47,506 bases of DNA, from the sequence record SRR31156797_1572. One strand, given 5' to 3'. Each line of letters starts with the position of its first letter. The stretch's first letter is position 1. The notes beneath the pieces are model-generated. The model had not been told where the DNA came from, made no database searches, and saw only the letters and a program-made list of their open reading frames with translations. The position numbers and the translations under genes are program-made. Shown here piece by piece: positions 28,396 to 38,464 of the stretch.

Positions 28396-30558
28396 ATGGT
28401 GAAGAAAACATTAATAATAGGAATGTTTAGCCTGATTTGTTTTCTGATTTCTGCATTTACGAACTTTACAAAACAAAAGGAAAAACAGGTCGAGACTGCA
28501 AAGAGCGACAGGCTGTTTAAAAAGGCTATGAACCTCGCGGATCAGGATAATTACCGTCAAGCTATCAAGGTTTTTAAGGTGCTTTTAGCAAATGATCCAG
28601 AACACTTAGATGCCTTGTTTAATATGGGTTTGTGTTATTTGAATACAAGCAATGGTGCTGATTCTGCAGTTATCTCATTTAATAAAGGTTTAGATATTTT
28701 GACAGATGAAGAAAAGCAAGGGTATCTGGGGGCAGAGCTTGGGCTGTCGTTAGGTAAAGCATATCAGGTTTTGCTGAAGCCTTTAAAAGCAATAAAAATT
28801 TACGAGGAACTAATTGAAGATGCAGATCCGCAGGATACATCCTTTATAAAGGATTTGGAGCGAGAGATTCAGATTTGTCATCATGCCAATTTTTTCATTC
28901 AAAACCCAATTGACTTAGAAGTTAAAAATTTGGGTTCAACAGTTAATTCGATTTATGACGATCACAGCCCTTTAATAGCAGTTAGTGAGAGCGAATTGTT
29001 TTTTACTTCCAGAAGGAATTGGATAAAACTTTCGTTGCTATCAGATGGGCAATATGCCGAAAAAATTTACACAGTTCCGTTGTCTGCTAATAATTGGGAG
29101 TCGGCTCGTTTGTTAAAGGTGTTCTTTAAGCAAAACGAACATGAAGCTGCAGCTTCCTTATCTCCTGATGGAAATCAATTGGTGCTTTTTAGAAATGATA
29201 TTCATGGTAAGAGCTTGTATTTAAGTAATTATAATGGAAAGTCATGGTCAAGTCCTGAAAAACTGCCTTTCCCCATTAATAGTTATGCAGAAGAAACGCA
29301 TGGTTCGATTTCTGCGGATAAAAGTACCTTCTTTTTTACAAGTGACAGAGAAGGAGGATTCGGAGGATTGGATATATATATGGTGAAACGAAATGAACAG
29401 GGGAAGTGGGGAAAGCCTCGTAATCTTGGAAAAAATATAAATACACCCTATGATGAAGAAACACCGATGATTCATTACGATGGTAAAACTTTGTATTTCT
29501 CTTCAGAGGGGCATAATACCATGGGGCGTTTAGATGTTTTTTATAGTCAGATGAATGCCGATTCTACGTGGTCTATTCCAGTAAATATGGGTTACCCGAT
29601 AAATACTCCGGATGATGATTTCTTTTTTGTGCCTACGATAAATAAAAGTCATGCTTATTATGCATCCTCAAAGTTTGCTGATAATTATGGGGGGTCAGAT
29701 ATATATCAGGTTACTTTTAAATCAGATAGTCAAACAGAATTGGCAGTAGTGGAAGGCAAAGTAGATAAAAGTCTTGGGAAGGAATATGAAAAGATGAGGA
29801 TTTTGGTGACTCGAAGAGAAGATAATAAAATAGTGGGAGATTATCGTCCTGGTCCGCAGGATGGCAGCTATATGATGTTTCTGGAAACAGGGTATGAGTA
29901 TAGTGTTTCTGAGGAAAATGCCGAAACTAAGCAGATTAGGGAAAGCTTCGTAAATGTTACGGAAGACATGTCTTATAAACAACAAAAGGTGCCTTTGGAA
30001 TTTTTTAATGTTGCGATGGAGGCCCCATTAAAACATTATCCGGTAAAACAACAGGATCAACTTGTAGTCAATAAGGTGGAATTAAAAGAGAATGAAAGTA
30101 AAGTTGAAACAAAGGAAGTACGGGTTCAGGAAGATGTGCGTGAAGAAATGGTAAATTCTCAAGAAGCTATTGTTAAAAATGTAGATAAGAAAAACAATAA
30201 GGATATAAAAGATATAAGTGAAACAAAGGAACCAAATGTAAAAAATATTAAGGCCTTTATTAATGGTGAACAAAGTGTAGAAAAGCAAGTTTCAACCAGG
30301 ATTAATGGTTATACATTACAATTGTTGGCTTTAAAAGAAAAGCCTTTGGCTGATTACAGTTTTTTTAAAAGAAAAGGATTAGATAGTATCCAGGAGTACC
30401 GATGCATCGATGGTTTTACTCGATATACTTTTGGTTCGTTTAAAGATTACAGATCTTCGCTTAAGGTAAAGAGAGAATTGTTGCATAACAATAAGTTTTC
30501 TGACATTTGGATAAGACCAATAACTGACTTTGAAAAAATAAGTGTTGCTGAAAGGTAG
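28396..30558 (+). CDS. Exported TPR + PD40 beta-propeller protein with C-terminal SPOR-like domain
   Basis: N-terminal TPRs, PD40 repeats (FFTSRR, FFTSDREGGFGGLDIY, YFSSEGH, NMGYPINT), a charged linker, then YTLQLLAL...YTFGSF...FSDIWI. Confidence 0.82.
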   Translation: MVKKTLIIGMFSLICFLISAFTNFTKQKEKQVETAKSDRLFKKAMNLADQDNYRQAIKVFKVLLANDPEHLDALFNMGLCYLNTSNGADSAVISFNKGLDILTDEEKQGYLGAELGLSLGKAYQVLLKPLKAIKIYEELIEDADPQDTSFIKDLEREIQICHHANFFIQNPIDLEVKNLGSTVNSIYDDHSPLIAVSESELFFTSRRNWIKLSLLSDGQYAEKIYTVPLSANNWESARLLKVFFKQNEHEAAASLSPDGNQLVLFRNDIHGKSLYLSNYNGKSWSSPEKLPFPINSYAEETHGSISADKSTFFFTSDREGGFGGLDIYMVKRNEQGKWGKPRNLGKNINTPYDEETPMIHYDGKTLYFSSEGHNTMGRLDVFYSQMNADSTWSIPVNMGYPINTPDDDFFFVPTINKSHAYYASSKFADNYGGSDIYQVTFKSDSQTELAVVEGKVDKSLGKEYEKMRILVTRREDNKIVGDYRPGPQDGSYMMFLETGYEYSVSEENAETKQIRESFVNVTEDMSYKQQKVPLEFFNVAMEAPLKHYPVKQQDQLVVNKVELKENESKVETKEVRVQEDVREEMVNSQEAIVKNVDKKNNKDIKDISETKEPNVKNIKAFINGEQSVEKQVSTRINGYTLQLLALKEKPLADYSFFKRKGLDSIQEYRCIDGFTRYTFGSFKDYRSSLKVKRELLHNNKFSDIWIRPITDFEKISVAER

Positions 30559-30589
30559 TGTGTTGTAAGTATATGAAAGCTAATAAATT

Positions 30590-30625
30590 AAAAAAGCCGG
30601 AAAGACACCCCTGACTTTCCGGCTT
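30590..30625 (-). terminator. Minus-strand intrinsic terminator with no upstream minus-strand CDS
   Basis: Minus strand AAGCCGGAAAG-TCAGGGGTGT-CTTTCCGGCTT-TTTT. Confidence 0.75.
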
Positions 30626-30665
30626 CCTCAAAGATTTCTGTGTAATCTAAACCTATTTTGAGAGA
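30590..30665 (-). ncRNA. Candidate ~75-nt small RNA
   Basis: Promoter-like TTG-N20-TATCTTAG (30698-30668), a 5' hairpin CTCAAA...TTTGAG, then the terminator. Confidence 0.45.
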
Positions 30666-30851
30666 TACTAAGATAATGCTTTTAACGCGCTTTTTCAATT
30701 AGTTGAGGTAAAATATTCATGATTTTTATCCATGTTTTTTTTAGGGTAAGTATGATAAATGTTTTATTCCTTTTCTAAAGTTTTCCTGAAGCTTAAAAAA
30801 TTTCAACTCCGTATATTTTTTTTATTTTTGAGCATATTCAATTATGACTAT

Positions 30852-33074
30852 ATGCAAAAAACATTAACAAATCCGAATGCATCCTTTGGTTCTATGCCTG
30901 TATTTATGACAGCAATTTCTACCATTTTAGGAGCGATCTTGTTTCTAAGATTTGGTTGGGCTATTGGACATGTTGGATTTATTGGAGTTCTAGCGATCAT
31001 TATTATTGGGCATTTGGTTACCATACCAACTGCATTAGCGGTTGCTGAAATTGCCACAAATCAAAAGGTTGAGGGTGGAGGTGCATACTATATTATTTCC
31101 CGTTCTTTTGGTTTAAATATTGGAGGTTCTATTGGAATAGCGCTTTATCTGTCTCAGGCTATTAGCGTTGCCTTTTATATTATAGCTTTTGGAGAAGCTT
31201 TTGATGCTGTCTTGCCTTATCTGCCTTTTGAAATTGACCCTTTAGTTTTTAAAAAAATAGTAACGCTGGTGATGATGACCATTTTAAGTGTGGTTGTGAT
31301 CATTCGAGGGGCAAATATTGGAATGAAAGCCTTGTATGTTGTTGTAGCTATGCTGTTTCTTTCTATTATTTTGTTTTTTATTGGAAAGCCAGCAGATGGG
31401 AATGTCGAATTTTTGTTCAATGAAACAACACAAAATCCTAAGCCGTTTTTTTATGTATTTACCATTATATTTCCTGCTTTTACAGGTATTGCAGCAGGAC
31501 TTGGTTTATCCGGAGATTTGAAGGAGCCAAAAAAATCGATACCTAAAGGAACATTGTGGGCAACATTAATTGGGATGTTGATTTACATACTTATTGCATA
31601 CAAATTAACGATATCTGCATCACCAGATGAGTTGGCCGGCGATCAGCTAATTATGCAACGTATAGCATTATGGGGGCCAATAATCCCGATTGGATTGGCT
31701 GCGGCAACCTTATCTTCGGCTATTGGCTCAATATTGGTGGCGCCTCGAACGCTACAGGCAATAGGTTTTGATGATATTCTTCCTTATCCCAATTTAAATA
31801 AATGGTTAGCTAAAGGAAAAAAAATAGATAATGATCCGGCAAATGCAACTATAATCACCATAGTTATTGCTTTCTTTTTTGTAGGTATAGGTGATGTCAA
31901 TTTCGTTGCACAGATTATTTCCATGTTCTTTATGGTAACTTATGGGGTAATTTGTCTAATTAGCTTCCTTGAACATTTTGCAGCAGACCCATCTTATCGT
32001 CCAACATTTAAACATAACAGATGGTATTATTCTTTAGCAGGAGCGGTTTTCTCATTTTGGCTAATGTTTAAAATGGATTTGACTTATTCGATACTATCGC
32101 TTTCAATAATGGGAGTGATTTATTATATCATCAGTAAATATAAACCTGAAAGACGCGGGTTGGAGAAGCTTTTTAAAGGTGTGGTTTTTCAATTGAGTAG
32201 GCAGATTCAGATTTTTGTGCAGCAGGCCAACAAAGAAGAACAAGAGTATAATTGGCGTCCATTTGCTGTATGTGTAAGCTCCGACTCATTCGAAAGACAA
32301 TCAGCATTTGATTTGTTAGGGTGGGTTTCTCATAAATATGGTTTTGGTACTTATATTCATTATATAAAGGGATTTTTAAATAATAAAACGAATCTTGAAT
32401 CTAAAGACACTTTGGAGCGTCTAATCTCCAGAGCGAAAGGTAGTAATACAAGGGTTTATATTGATACTATTATCAGTCCATCTTATACTTCTGCTATTGC
32501 CCAGGTTATTCAACTATCTGGTATCTCAGGAAAAGGAAGCAATCTTATTTTATTTGAGTTTCCGAATGAAAATCCGGAATCTTTAAAGAATGCACTGGAT
32601 AATTATGCATTGTTCAATTCCTGTAAGCTGGATGTTTGTTTTTTAAATACATCACTCAAGGGTTTTGGATATAAAAAAGAAATTCATGTCTGGATTGGGC
32701 GTCATGATTTTTATAATGCGAACCTGATGATATTATTAGCTTATATCATTCTAGGTCATCCGGAATGGCAAAAAGGATTTATTAAGATTTATTCATTGGC
32801 TTCATCGAATAAGTTTGATGATGAACGACAAAAATGGCTCGATTTAATTAAGTCGGGTAGGTTACCAATTGCTCCCGGTAATGTTCAAATGATTCCTTTT
32901 GAGGAGGGTGATAACAAAGAAAGTGTAGTTAAAAAACAAAGTAAAGATGCGGATTTAACCATTTTGGGTTTTTCGTCGGAAGACATTACTAAGGGAACCG
33001 AAAGGTTTACAAAGTATGAAGGAATGGGCAATATATTATTTGTAAATGCGTATCGTAAAAAAGAAATAGAGTAA
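30852..33074 (+). CDS. Cation-chloride cotransporter (SLC12/CCC)-type APC transporter
   Basis: ILFLRFGW, GGAYYIISRSFG..IGGSIG, FPAFTGIAAG..LSGDLK.P..SIPKGT, and a C-terminal cytoplasmic domain beginning NWRP. Start inferred at MQKT. Confidence 0.9.
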   Translation: MQKTLTNPNASFGSMPVFMTAISTILGAILFLRFGWAIGHVGFIGVLAIIIIGHLVTIPTALAVAEIATNQKVEGGGAYYIISRSFGLNIGGSIGIALYLSQAISVAFYIIAFGEAFDAVLPYLPFEIDPLVFKKIVTLVMMTILSVVVIIRGANIGMKALYVVVAMLFLSIILFFIGKPADGNVEFLFNETTQNPKPFFYVFTIIFPAFTGIAAGLGLSGDLKEPKKSIPKGTLWATLIGMLIYILIAYKLTISASPDELAGDQLIMQRIALWGPIIPIGLAAATLSSAIGSILVAPRTLQAIGFDDILPYPNLNKWLAKGKKIDNDPANATIITIVIAFFFVGIGDVNFVAQIISMFFMVTYGVICLISFLEHFAADPSYRPTFKHNRWYYSLAGAVFSFWLMFKMDLTYSILSLSIMGVIYYIISKYKPERRGLEKLFKGVVFQLSRQIQIFVQQANKEEQEYNWRPFAVCVSSDSFERQSAFDLLGWVSHKYGFGTYIHYIKGFLNNKTNLESKDTLERLISRAKGSNTRVYIDTIISPSYTSAIAQVIQLSGISGKGSNLILFEFPNENPESLKNALDNYALFNSCKLDVCFLNTSLKGFGYKKEIHVWIGRHDFYNANLMILLAYIILGHPEWQKGFIKIYSLASSNKFDDERQKWLDLIKSGRLPIAPGNVQMIPFEEGDNKESVVKKQSKDADLTILGFSSEDITKGTERFTKYEGMGNILFVNAYRKKEIE

Positions 33075-33094
33075 ATCAAACTCATCATTAAACC

Positions 33095-34768
33095 ATGAAA
33101 AAAAATCAAAAGGTTAAAGTAGAGAATAAACCGACTTTTGAAAACTGGCTCGAGAAACATAGCAATACATTATTTTATATTTTACTAGGTGTACTTACCT
33201 TATTTAGTTTTTTGTATTTTGATATTAAGCCTAGCATTGCAGGCGATGATTCATCATATGTTAACAGAGCGATTAATTTTTTATCAGCAGATAAGTTTCC
33301 AACATATCAAGGTCCTGCTTATCCTTTGTTTTTGGCTTTGTTGATTAGTATTTTGGGAATGAATCTGGTCATCTTAAAGCTAAGTTCTGCATTGTTTATG
33401 ATTGGTTTCTTTATTATTTTTTATCGATCATTAAAAGGTAAAATATCTTATCTGAGTTTGTTTTATACCTTAGCTTTAATTGGAGTTAGTAATTACATTC
33501 TCTTCTTTTCAAGTCAAACATTTTCAGAACCGTTATTTCTTATTCTTCAAACTGGATTATTTGCGTTGATTTTTAAATATGATAGTCGAGAAGAAGCAGG
33601 TTGGATTCCAGGTAAAAAGGAGCTGAAATATTTACTGTTGGTTGCTGCTATTTGTGTGTTAATGTTCTTAACCCGTACCATTGGATTTGGTATGATTTTA
33701 ACCTTATTGACCTATTGGATTATCAGCAAAAAATATAAAAGAGCTTTACAGGTTCTTGTGATATTTAGTGTATTGATAGCATCCTTCTATGTGATTCGGA
33801 ACGCAGCCTGGGAAATGCCAGCTAAATCAAGTGAACAAACCGGGCAGTTGTTGGATAAAAATCCATATAATAAAGATCAAGGAAGAGAGGACTTTGTTGG
33901 TTTTTTAACCCGATTTAAGGATAACTCAAATTTATATTTGTCAAAGCACTTGATGAGAATAACTGGCTTTCGTAAGCATGGAGATAATTCCGTCAAACCT
34001 GTTATCACGATTATATTATATGGCCTGTTTATTTTTGGATTAGTTTACTCCTTACGAAGAAATAAGTATTTATTTCTAATTGCACTTTATCTGGCATTTA
34101 TGCTCGGCATAACATTTTTCTCTTTACAAAAATTATGGGATCAGTACAGGCTAATTGTGCCATTTGTACCTCTTGCATTATTGTTTTTAGTAGAAAGCAT
34201 AGTTTATGTTGGAGAGCATTATAAATTATCGTTTGTTAAAAAAGGACTGATGGCCATACTAGCACTGTCTTTGTTATTGGCAGCAGGAAGAGGTGTTAAT
34301 ACAATGGATGTAAAAACCTTGTCTAAAAATCTGGCTGGAGATAAGTTTGCTGGTTATACGCCCGATTGGGTTAGTTATTTGCAAATGGCAGAGTATTGTA
34401 ATAAGAATTTGAAAAAGGATGATTTTGTAGCTTGTAGAAAACCAGGAATAGCCCGGTTGTATGCAAAGGGAAAGAAGTTTTATGGAATTTTTCGAATTCC
34501 TTCTGATGATCCGGATGAACTATTGGCTCATCTGAAAGAAAGAAATGTGACACATATAATGATGGGTAGTTTGCGTAAAAATCCATATCAATATACAGGT
34601 CAAAGTATAAATACGATTAAGCGATATATGGCTTTTATTGCCAGAAAATACCCGAAAGCTTTTATTTTGATTAAAAAGTATGGTACGCAGGAACCAACTC
34701 ACCTTTTCAAAATAAATTATGATGTAATTCAAGAAAAAAAATCTACGTCAGATGACTCCATACAGTAA
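33095..34768 (+). CDS. GT-C superfamily (ArnT/PMT-like) membrane glycosyltransferase
   Basis: Acidic GDDSSY after TM1, PAYPLFLA, SEPLF, FLTR and QYRLIVPFVP. Many TMs plus a soluble C-terminal domain. Confidence 0.7.
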   Translation: MKKNQKVKVENKPTFENWLEKHSNTLFYILLGVLTLFSFLYFDIKPSIAGDDSSYVNRAINFLSADKFPTYQGPAYPLFLALLISILGMNLVILKLSSALFMIGFFIIFYRSLKGKISYLSLFYTLALIGVSNYILFFSSQTFSEPLFLILQTGLFALIFKYDSREEAGWIPGKKELKYLLLVAAICVLMFLTRTIGFGMILTLLTYWIISKKYKRALQVLVIFSVLIASFYVIRNAAWEMPAKSSEQTGQLLDKNPYNKDQGREDFVGFLTRFKDNSNLYLSKHLMRITGFRKHGDNSVKPVITIILYGLFIFGLVYSLRRNKYLFLIALYLAFMLGITFFSLQKLWDQYRLIVPFVPLALLFLVESIVYVGEHYKLSFVKKGLMAILALSLLLAAGRGVNTMDVKTLSKNLAGDKFAGYTPDWVSYLQMAEYCNKNLKKDDFVACRKPGIARLYAKGKKFYGIFRIPSDDPDELLAHLKERNVTHIMMGSLRKNPYQYTGQSINTIKRYMAFIARKYPKAFILIKKYGTQEPTHLFKINYDVIQEKKSTSDDSIQ

Positions 34769-36185
34769 CGAAAAAATTAAAAAATATTGGAACGAGTTTT
34801 CCGTAAAATGGACTAAATACAGAAAAAGAAGATCGTATTACTGGAACTCTATATCTAAATTTTGTAATTATTTTATTCATCCCGAAAGCAGTATTCTTGA
34901 AGTAGGATGTGGACAGGGTGATTTATTAGATTCCATTAAAGGAAAGGAAAAGGTTGGGATTGACTTTTCTCCAAACATGATAGATATTGCAAAACAGCGA
35001 TTTCCTGATATTCAGTTTTATGAAATGTCAGCAGAACAGATTGCATTAGATCAAAAGTTTGATGTAATTATTTTATCTAATCTCATCGGGGTTTTGCCTG
35101 ATGTGGAATCAGCCTTTGAACAGTTAAATAAAGTTTGTCACGAGAAGACGCGGATAATTGTTACCTATTATAATCGGATGTGGGAACCATTTATTCGTTT
35201 CGCAGAACTTATGGGTGTAAAACGAAAGTCGCCGCAGCAAAACTGGCTTTCGTCGAGTGATATTCAGAACCTGCTTTTTTTATCTGGATTTGAGTCTTAT
35301 AAAGAGAACCGGAATATGTTTGTTCCATATTATATTCCATTCGTTTCTACTTTTTTTAATCGCATTTTAAGTCGACTTCCGCTATTGAACAAGATGGGCT
35401 TAAATCAGTTTGTGTTTGCTCGTCCAATTCCTAAATCTTATACAGATGAAGAGGCAAATGCTCTATTTAGTACATCAGTGGTTATTCCGGCCAGAAATGA
35501 AAGTGGTAATATTGAGGAAGCTATTTTAAGAATGCCAGATTTTGGTAAGCATATCGAAATCATTTTTGTAGAGGGAAATTCAACTGACGATACCTGGGAT
35601 ACGATCCTTAAGATTAAAGAAAAATATAAGGATACCCATGATATTAAAGTAATGCAGCAGGAAGGCAAAGGAAAAGGGGATGCAGTTAGAAAAGGATATG
35701 CGAATGCTACTGGTGATATATTAATGATTTTAGATGCTGATTTAACTGTTCCTCCTGAAGATTTGCCGAAGTTTTACAGAGCCTTGGCAAAGGGTAAAGG
35801 TGAGTTTATAAATGGGGTGCGATTGGTTTATCCGATGGAAAAAAATGCCATGAGGCCTTTAAATACAGTCGGTAATCACTTTTTTAGCAAGTTGTTTAGT
35901 TATATTTTGGAGCGGCCTATTAAAGATACTCTTTGTGGAACTAAAGTGATGTTTAAAAAGGATTATGAAAGATTGGCAGCTAACCGTAAGTTTTTTGGTG
36001 AGTTTGATCCTTTTGGTGATTTTGATTTGCTTTTTGGTGCTTATAAGCTTAATCTTAAGATAATTGATTTGCCAATTCGTTATAGAGAACGAAAGTATGG
36101 CGATACAAATATTAGCCGATTTAGGCATGGTTTAATATTACTTCGTATGTCCATGTTTGCTGCTGTGAAAATTAAGTTTTGGTAA
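34752..36185 (+). CDS. Class I SAM methyltransferase-like / GT2 glycosyltransferase fusion
   Basis: N-terminal LEVGCGQG and GIDFS; C-terminal VVIPARNE, EGNSTDDT, GKGDAVR, ILDADL, DTLCGTK. Confidence 0.9.
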   Translation: MTPYSNEKIKKYWNEFSVKWTKYRKRRSYYWNSISKFCNYFIHPESSILEVGCGQGDLLDSIKGKEKVGIDFSPNMIDIAKQRFPDIQFYEMSAEQIALDQKFDVIILSNLIGVLPDVESAFEQLNKVCHEKTRIIVTYYNRMWEPFIRFAELMGVKRKSPQQNWLSSSDIQNLLFLSGFESYKENRNMFVPYYIPFVSTFFNRILSRLPLLNKMGLNQFVFARPIPKSYTDEEANALFSTSVVIPARNESGNIEEAILRMPDFGKHIEIIFVEGNSTDDTWDTILKIKEKYKDTHDIKVMQQEGKGKGDAVRKGYANATGDILMILDADLTVPPEDLPKFYRALAKGKGEFINGVRLVYPMEKNAMRPLNTVGNHFFSKLFSYILERPIKDTLCGTKVMFKKDYERLAANRKFFGEFDPFGDFDLLFGAYKLNLKIIDLPIRYRERKYGDTNISRFRHGLILLRMSMFAAVKIKFW

Positions 36186-36254
36186 TACTGGTTTGTGGTG
36201 TAAATCTATTTTTACAACTTTACCCTGAAATTTATAATTAACAAATAAGTTAAA

Positions 36255-36731
36255 ATGAAGCGTATTGCTATTTTTCCGGGTTCATTTGATCCTTTTACAA
36301 TAGGGCATGAAAATATTGTGCTAAGAGCTGTTGGTTTGTTTGATGAAATTATAATTGGAATAGGATATAATTCTAATAAGAAGGATTTCTTCCCGGTGGA
36401 TAAAAGAATAGAATGGGTACAGTATTTGTTTAGTGAATATCCGAATATTAAAGTAGATAAATACGAGGGTTTAACCGTTGATTTTGCTAAGGATAAAGGT
36501 GCCGGATATATTTTAAGAGGTATTAGAACGGCAGCTGATTTCGAGTATGAGAGGGCAATTGCGCAAGTTAATAAAGCGATGACAGGAATTGATTCTGTTT
36601 TTCTTTTAACAACTCCTGAGCATACGCCGGTTAACTCTTCTATTGTGAGAGATATTATTAGACACGATGGTGATGCCAGCCAGTTTATTCCAGAGAAGAT
36701 TAGAGAGAAAATGGCCAGTTTTAAATTATAG
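36255..36731 (+). CDS. coaD: Phosphopantetheine adenylyltransferase
   Basis: FPGSFDPFTIGH, RGIR...DFEYE, SSIVR. Confidence 0.98.
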   Translation: MKRIAIFPGSFDPFTIGHENIVLRAVGLFDEIIIGIGYNSNKKDFFPVDKRIEWVQYLFSEYPNIKVDKYEGLTVDFAKDKGAGYILRGIRTAADFEYERAIAQVNKAMTGIDSVFLLTTPEHTPVNSSIVRDIIRHDGDASQFIPEKIREKMASFKL

Positions 36732-36732
36732 T

Positions 36733-38187
36733 ATGAGAATAACTTTAGTTGCTTTACTTTTAATTACATCTTATTCTTTAAAAGCTCAAAACAAAGTGAG
36801 GTTTTGGGGAAAAGCTCCCGAGTATAAAAATATGGGTCTGACTATTACATCTCAGACGAATTTTATCACTCGTCAGTTTAATGAATTAAGTTCTTTTCTG
36901 GTAGCTAAAGATGGTAATTTCGATGTAACATTTGAAGTTTCTGAAATAACGAAGGTTTATATTTCTCTAGGTGAAATTCAGGCTTATTTATGGGTTGAGC
37001 CGGGTGTAACTTATAATATTGTATTACCTCCTTACATTCCTTTAAAACAGGAGGATAAGCTAAATCCATTTTTTAAACCGCAACAAGTAGTACTTGGCGT
37101 TATCAATCAAATGACTGATAATGTAAATAAGAAAGTACTTGAGTTTGATGAGTTTTATAATAGTATATTCTCTAAAAATATAGCCCGAATTGTTCTAACC
37201 AAAAACAAAAAAGCCTGTTATGATATAATCAATAAAACAGACGAAGTTTTCCCTGCGGATAGTGCAACCTGGTTTTATAATTATAAGTTTTATTCATACT
37301 TCGATTTATACGATTATATTTATTCAAATAAGCCATCGTATGTCATGAATATGGGTTTTTCGGAAAAACCTATTCGTTATCAATTAGATACTTACTGGCG
37401 TGCTTTTAATAAAGTGTATAGTGATTTTTTACATTATTATTTTAACTCAAACCGTGGAGCAGAGTTTAAAAAAAGTTTCGAGACGACTACCTCATTTGAT
37501 ACAATTTGCAATAGTCTGACAAAGGATTCGTTGTTTGCGAACCGGCAGTTGGCCGAATTGGTATTAATTAAAAGCATTTACGATGGTTTTTATTCCGATA
37601 TGTACAATAAAGAGAAGCTTATTGAAATATTGGAATCGGCAGAAGGTAAATGTAGTAATCTGGAGAATGAACAAATTGCCAGAGAGGTTTTAGATAAAAT
37701 TAGTAAACTATTGGTTGGATCAGAAGCACCTTCTATTGATTTGTATACCTTATCCGGTAAGAAAACCAAAAGTTTAAATGATTTTGATGGTAAATTCGTA
37801 TATCTAAATTTTGCCAATACTAAAAACTATGCTTGCAAAAAAGACTTTCAGGTGTTGGAGGAGCTTGCAAGTATTTACAAGCGAGATATGCGGATTGTTA
37901 CCATTCTAACAGATGAAGATCCGGATGAAGCTTTACGCTACATTAATCACAATCAGTTTAGTTGGACGTTTTTACATTTTGGCCAAAATGCTAAAGTTCT
38001 CATGGATTATAACATCAAAGCTTTCCCAACTTATTACTTAATTAATCCTGAGGGTGAATTAGTTTTATCACCAGCTCCCGCACCGGAAGAAAATTTTGCA
38101 CCTGCTTTTTCTGAGGTCTTTAATAATTACCGACATAAAAAGTTAAGGCAAAACAGACCTAAAGCACGTACCATATACGATTTGTAG
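36733..38187 (+). CDS. Exported protein with C-terminal TlpA/ResA-like thioredoxin fold (NxxC)
   Basis: Signal peptide; GSEAP, DFDGKFVYLNF, NYAC in place of CxxC, YNIKAFPTYYLINPEG. Start inferred at 36733. Confidence 0.8.
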   Translation: MRITLVALLLITSYSLKAQNKVRFWGKAPEYKNMGLTITSQTNFITRQFNELSSFLVAKDGNFDVTFEVSEITKVYISLGEIQAYLWVEPGVTYNIVLPPYIPLKQEDKLNPFFKPQQVVLGVINQMTDNVNKKVLEFDEFYNSIFSKNIARIVLTKNKKACYDIINKTDEVFPADSATWFYNYKFYSYFDLYDYIYSNKPSYVMNMGFSEKPIRYQLDTYWRAFNKVYSDFLHYYFNSNRGAEFKKSFETTTSFDTICNSLTKDSLFANRQLAELVLIKSIYDGFYSDMYNKEKLIEILESAEGKCSNLENEQIAREVLDKISKLLVGSEAPSIDLYTLSGKKTKSLNDFDGKFVYLNFANTKNYACKKDFQVLEELASIYKRDMRIVTILTDEDPDEALRYINHNQFSWTFLHFGQNAKVLMDYNIKAFPTYYLINPEGELVLSPAPAPEENFAPAFSEVFNNYRHKKLRQNRPKARTIYDL

Positions 38188-38464
38188 ATTTTGGTTGTTA
38201 TATTTTATAATATGATAGCATAAAAGAGTTCTTTTTCTACTTTTTCCATGGATTGGCTATATTATTTGATAAATAGTTTTATCTAAACATTTGAACTCAA
38301 CCTTATTCAGCAGAAAAATCATTATTATTGCATAAGTATTAACACAGCAACCTTACACCTTATTATATCTTTCCAATTTGTACGATAAAATTGGACTAAA
38401 TATTTCATAGCGTTTCTATCGGGATGTTTATGATTTTTGTTAAGGTTGATCTTATCAGAAATAC

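Noticed and set aside
30759..30851. N-terminal extensions given by the ORF track (also for pyrE, actD, actE, actF and the TlpA-like gene)
   Set aside because: They overlap upstream genes or promoter regions and look non-coding; downstream ATGs fit the family starts or signal peptides better.
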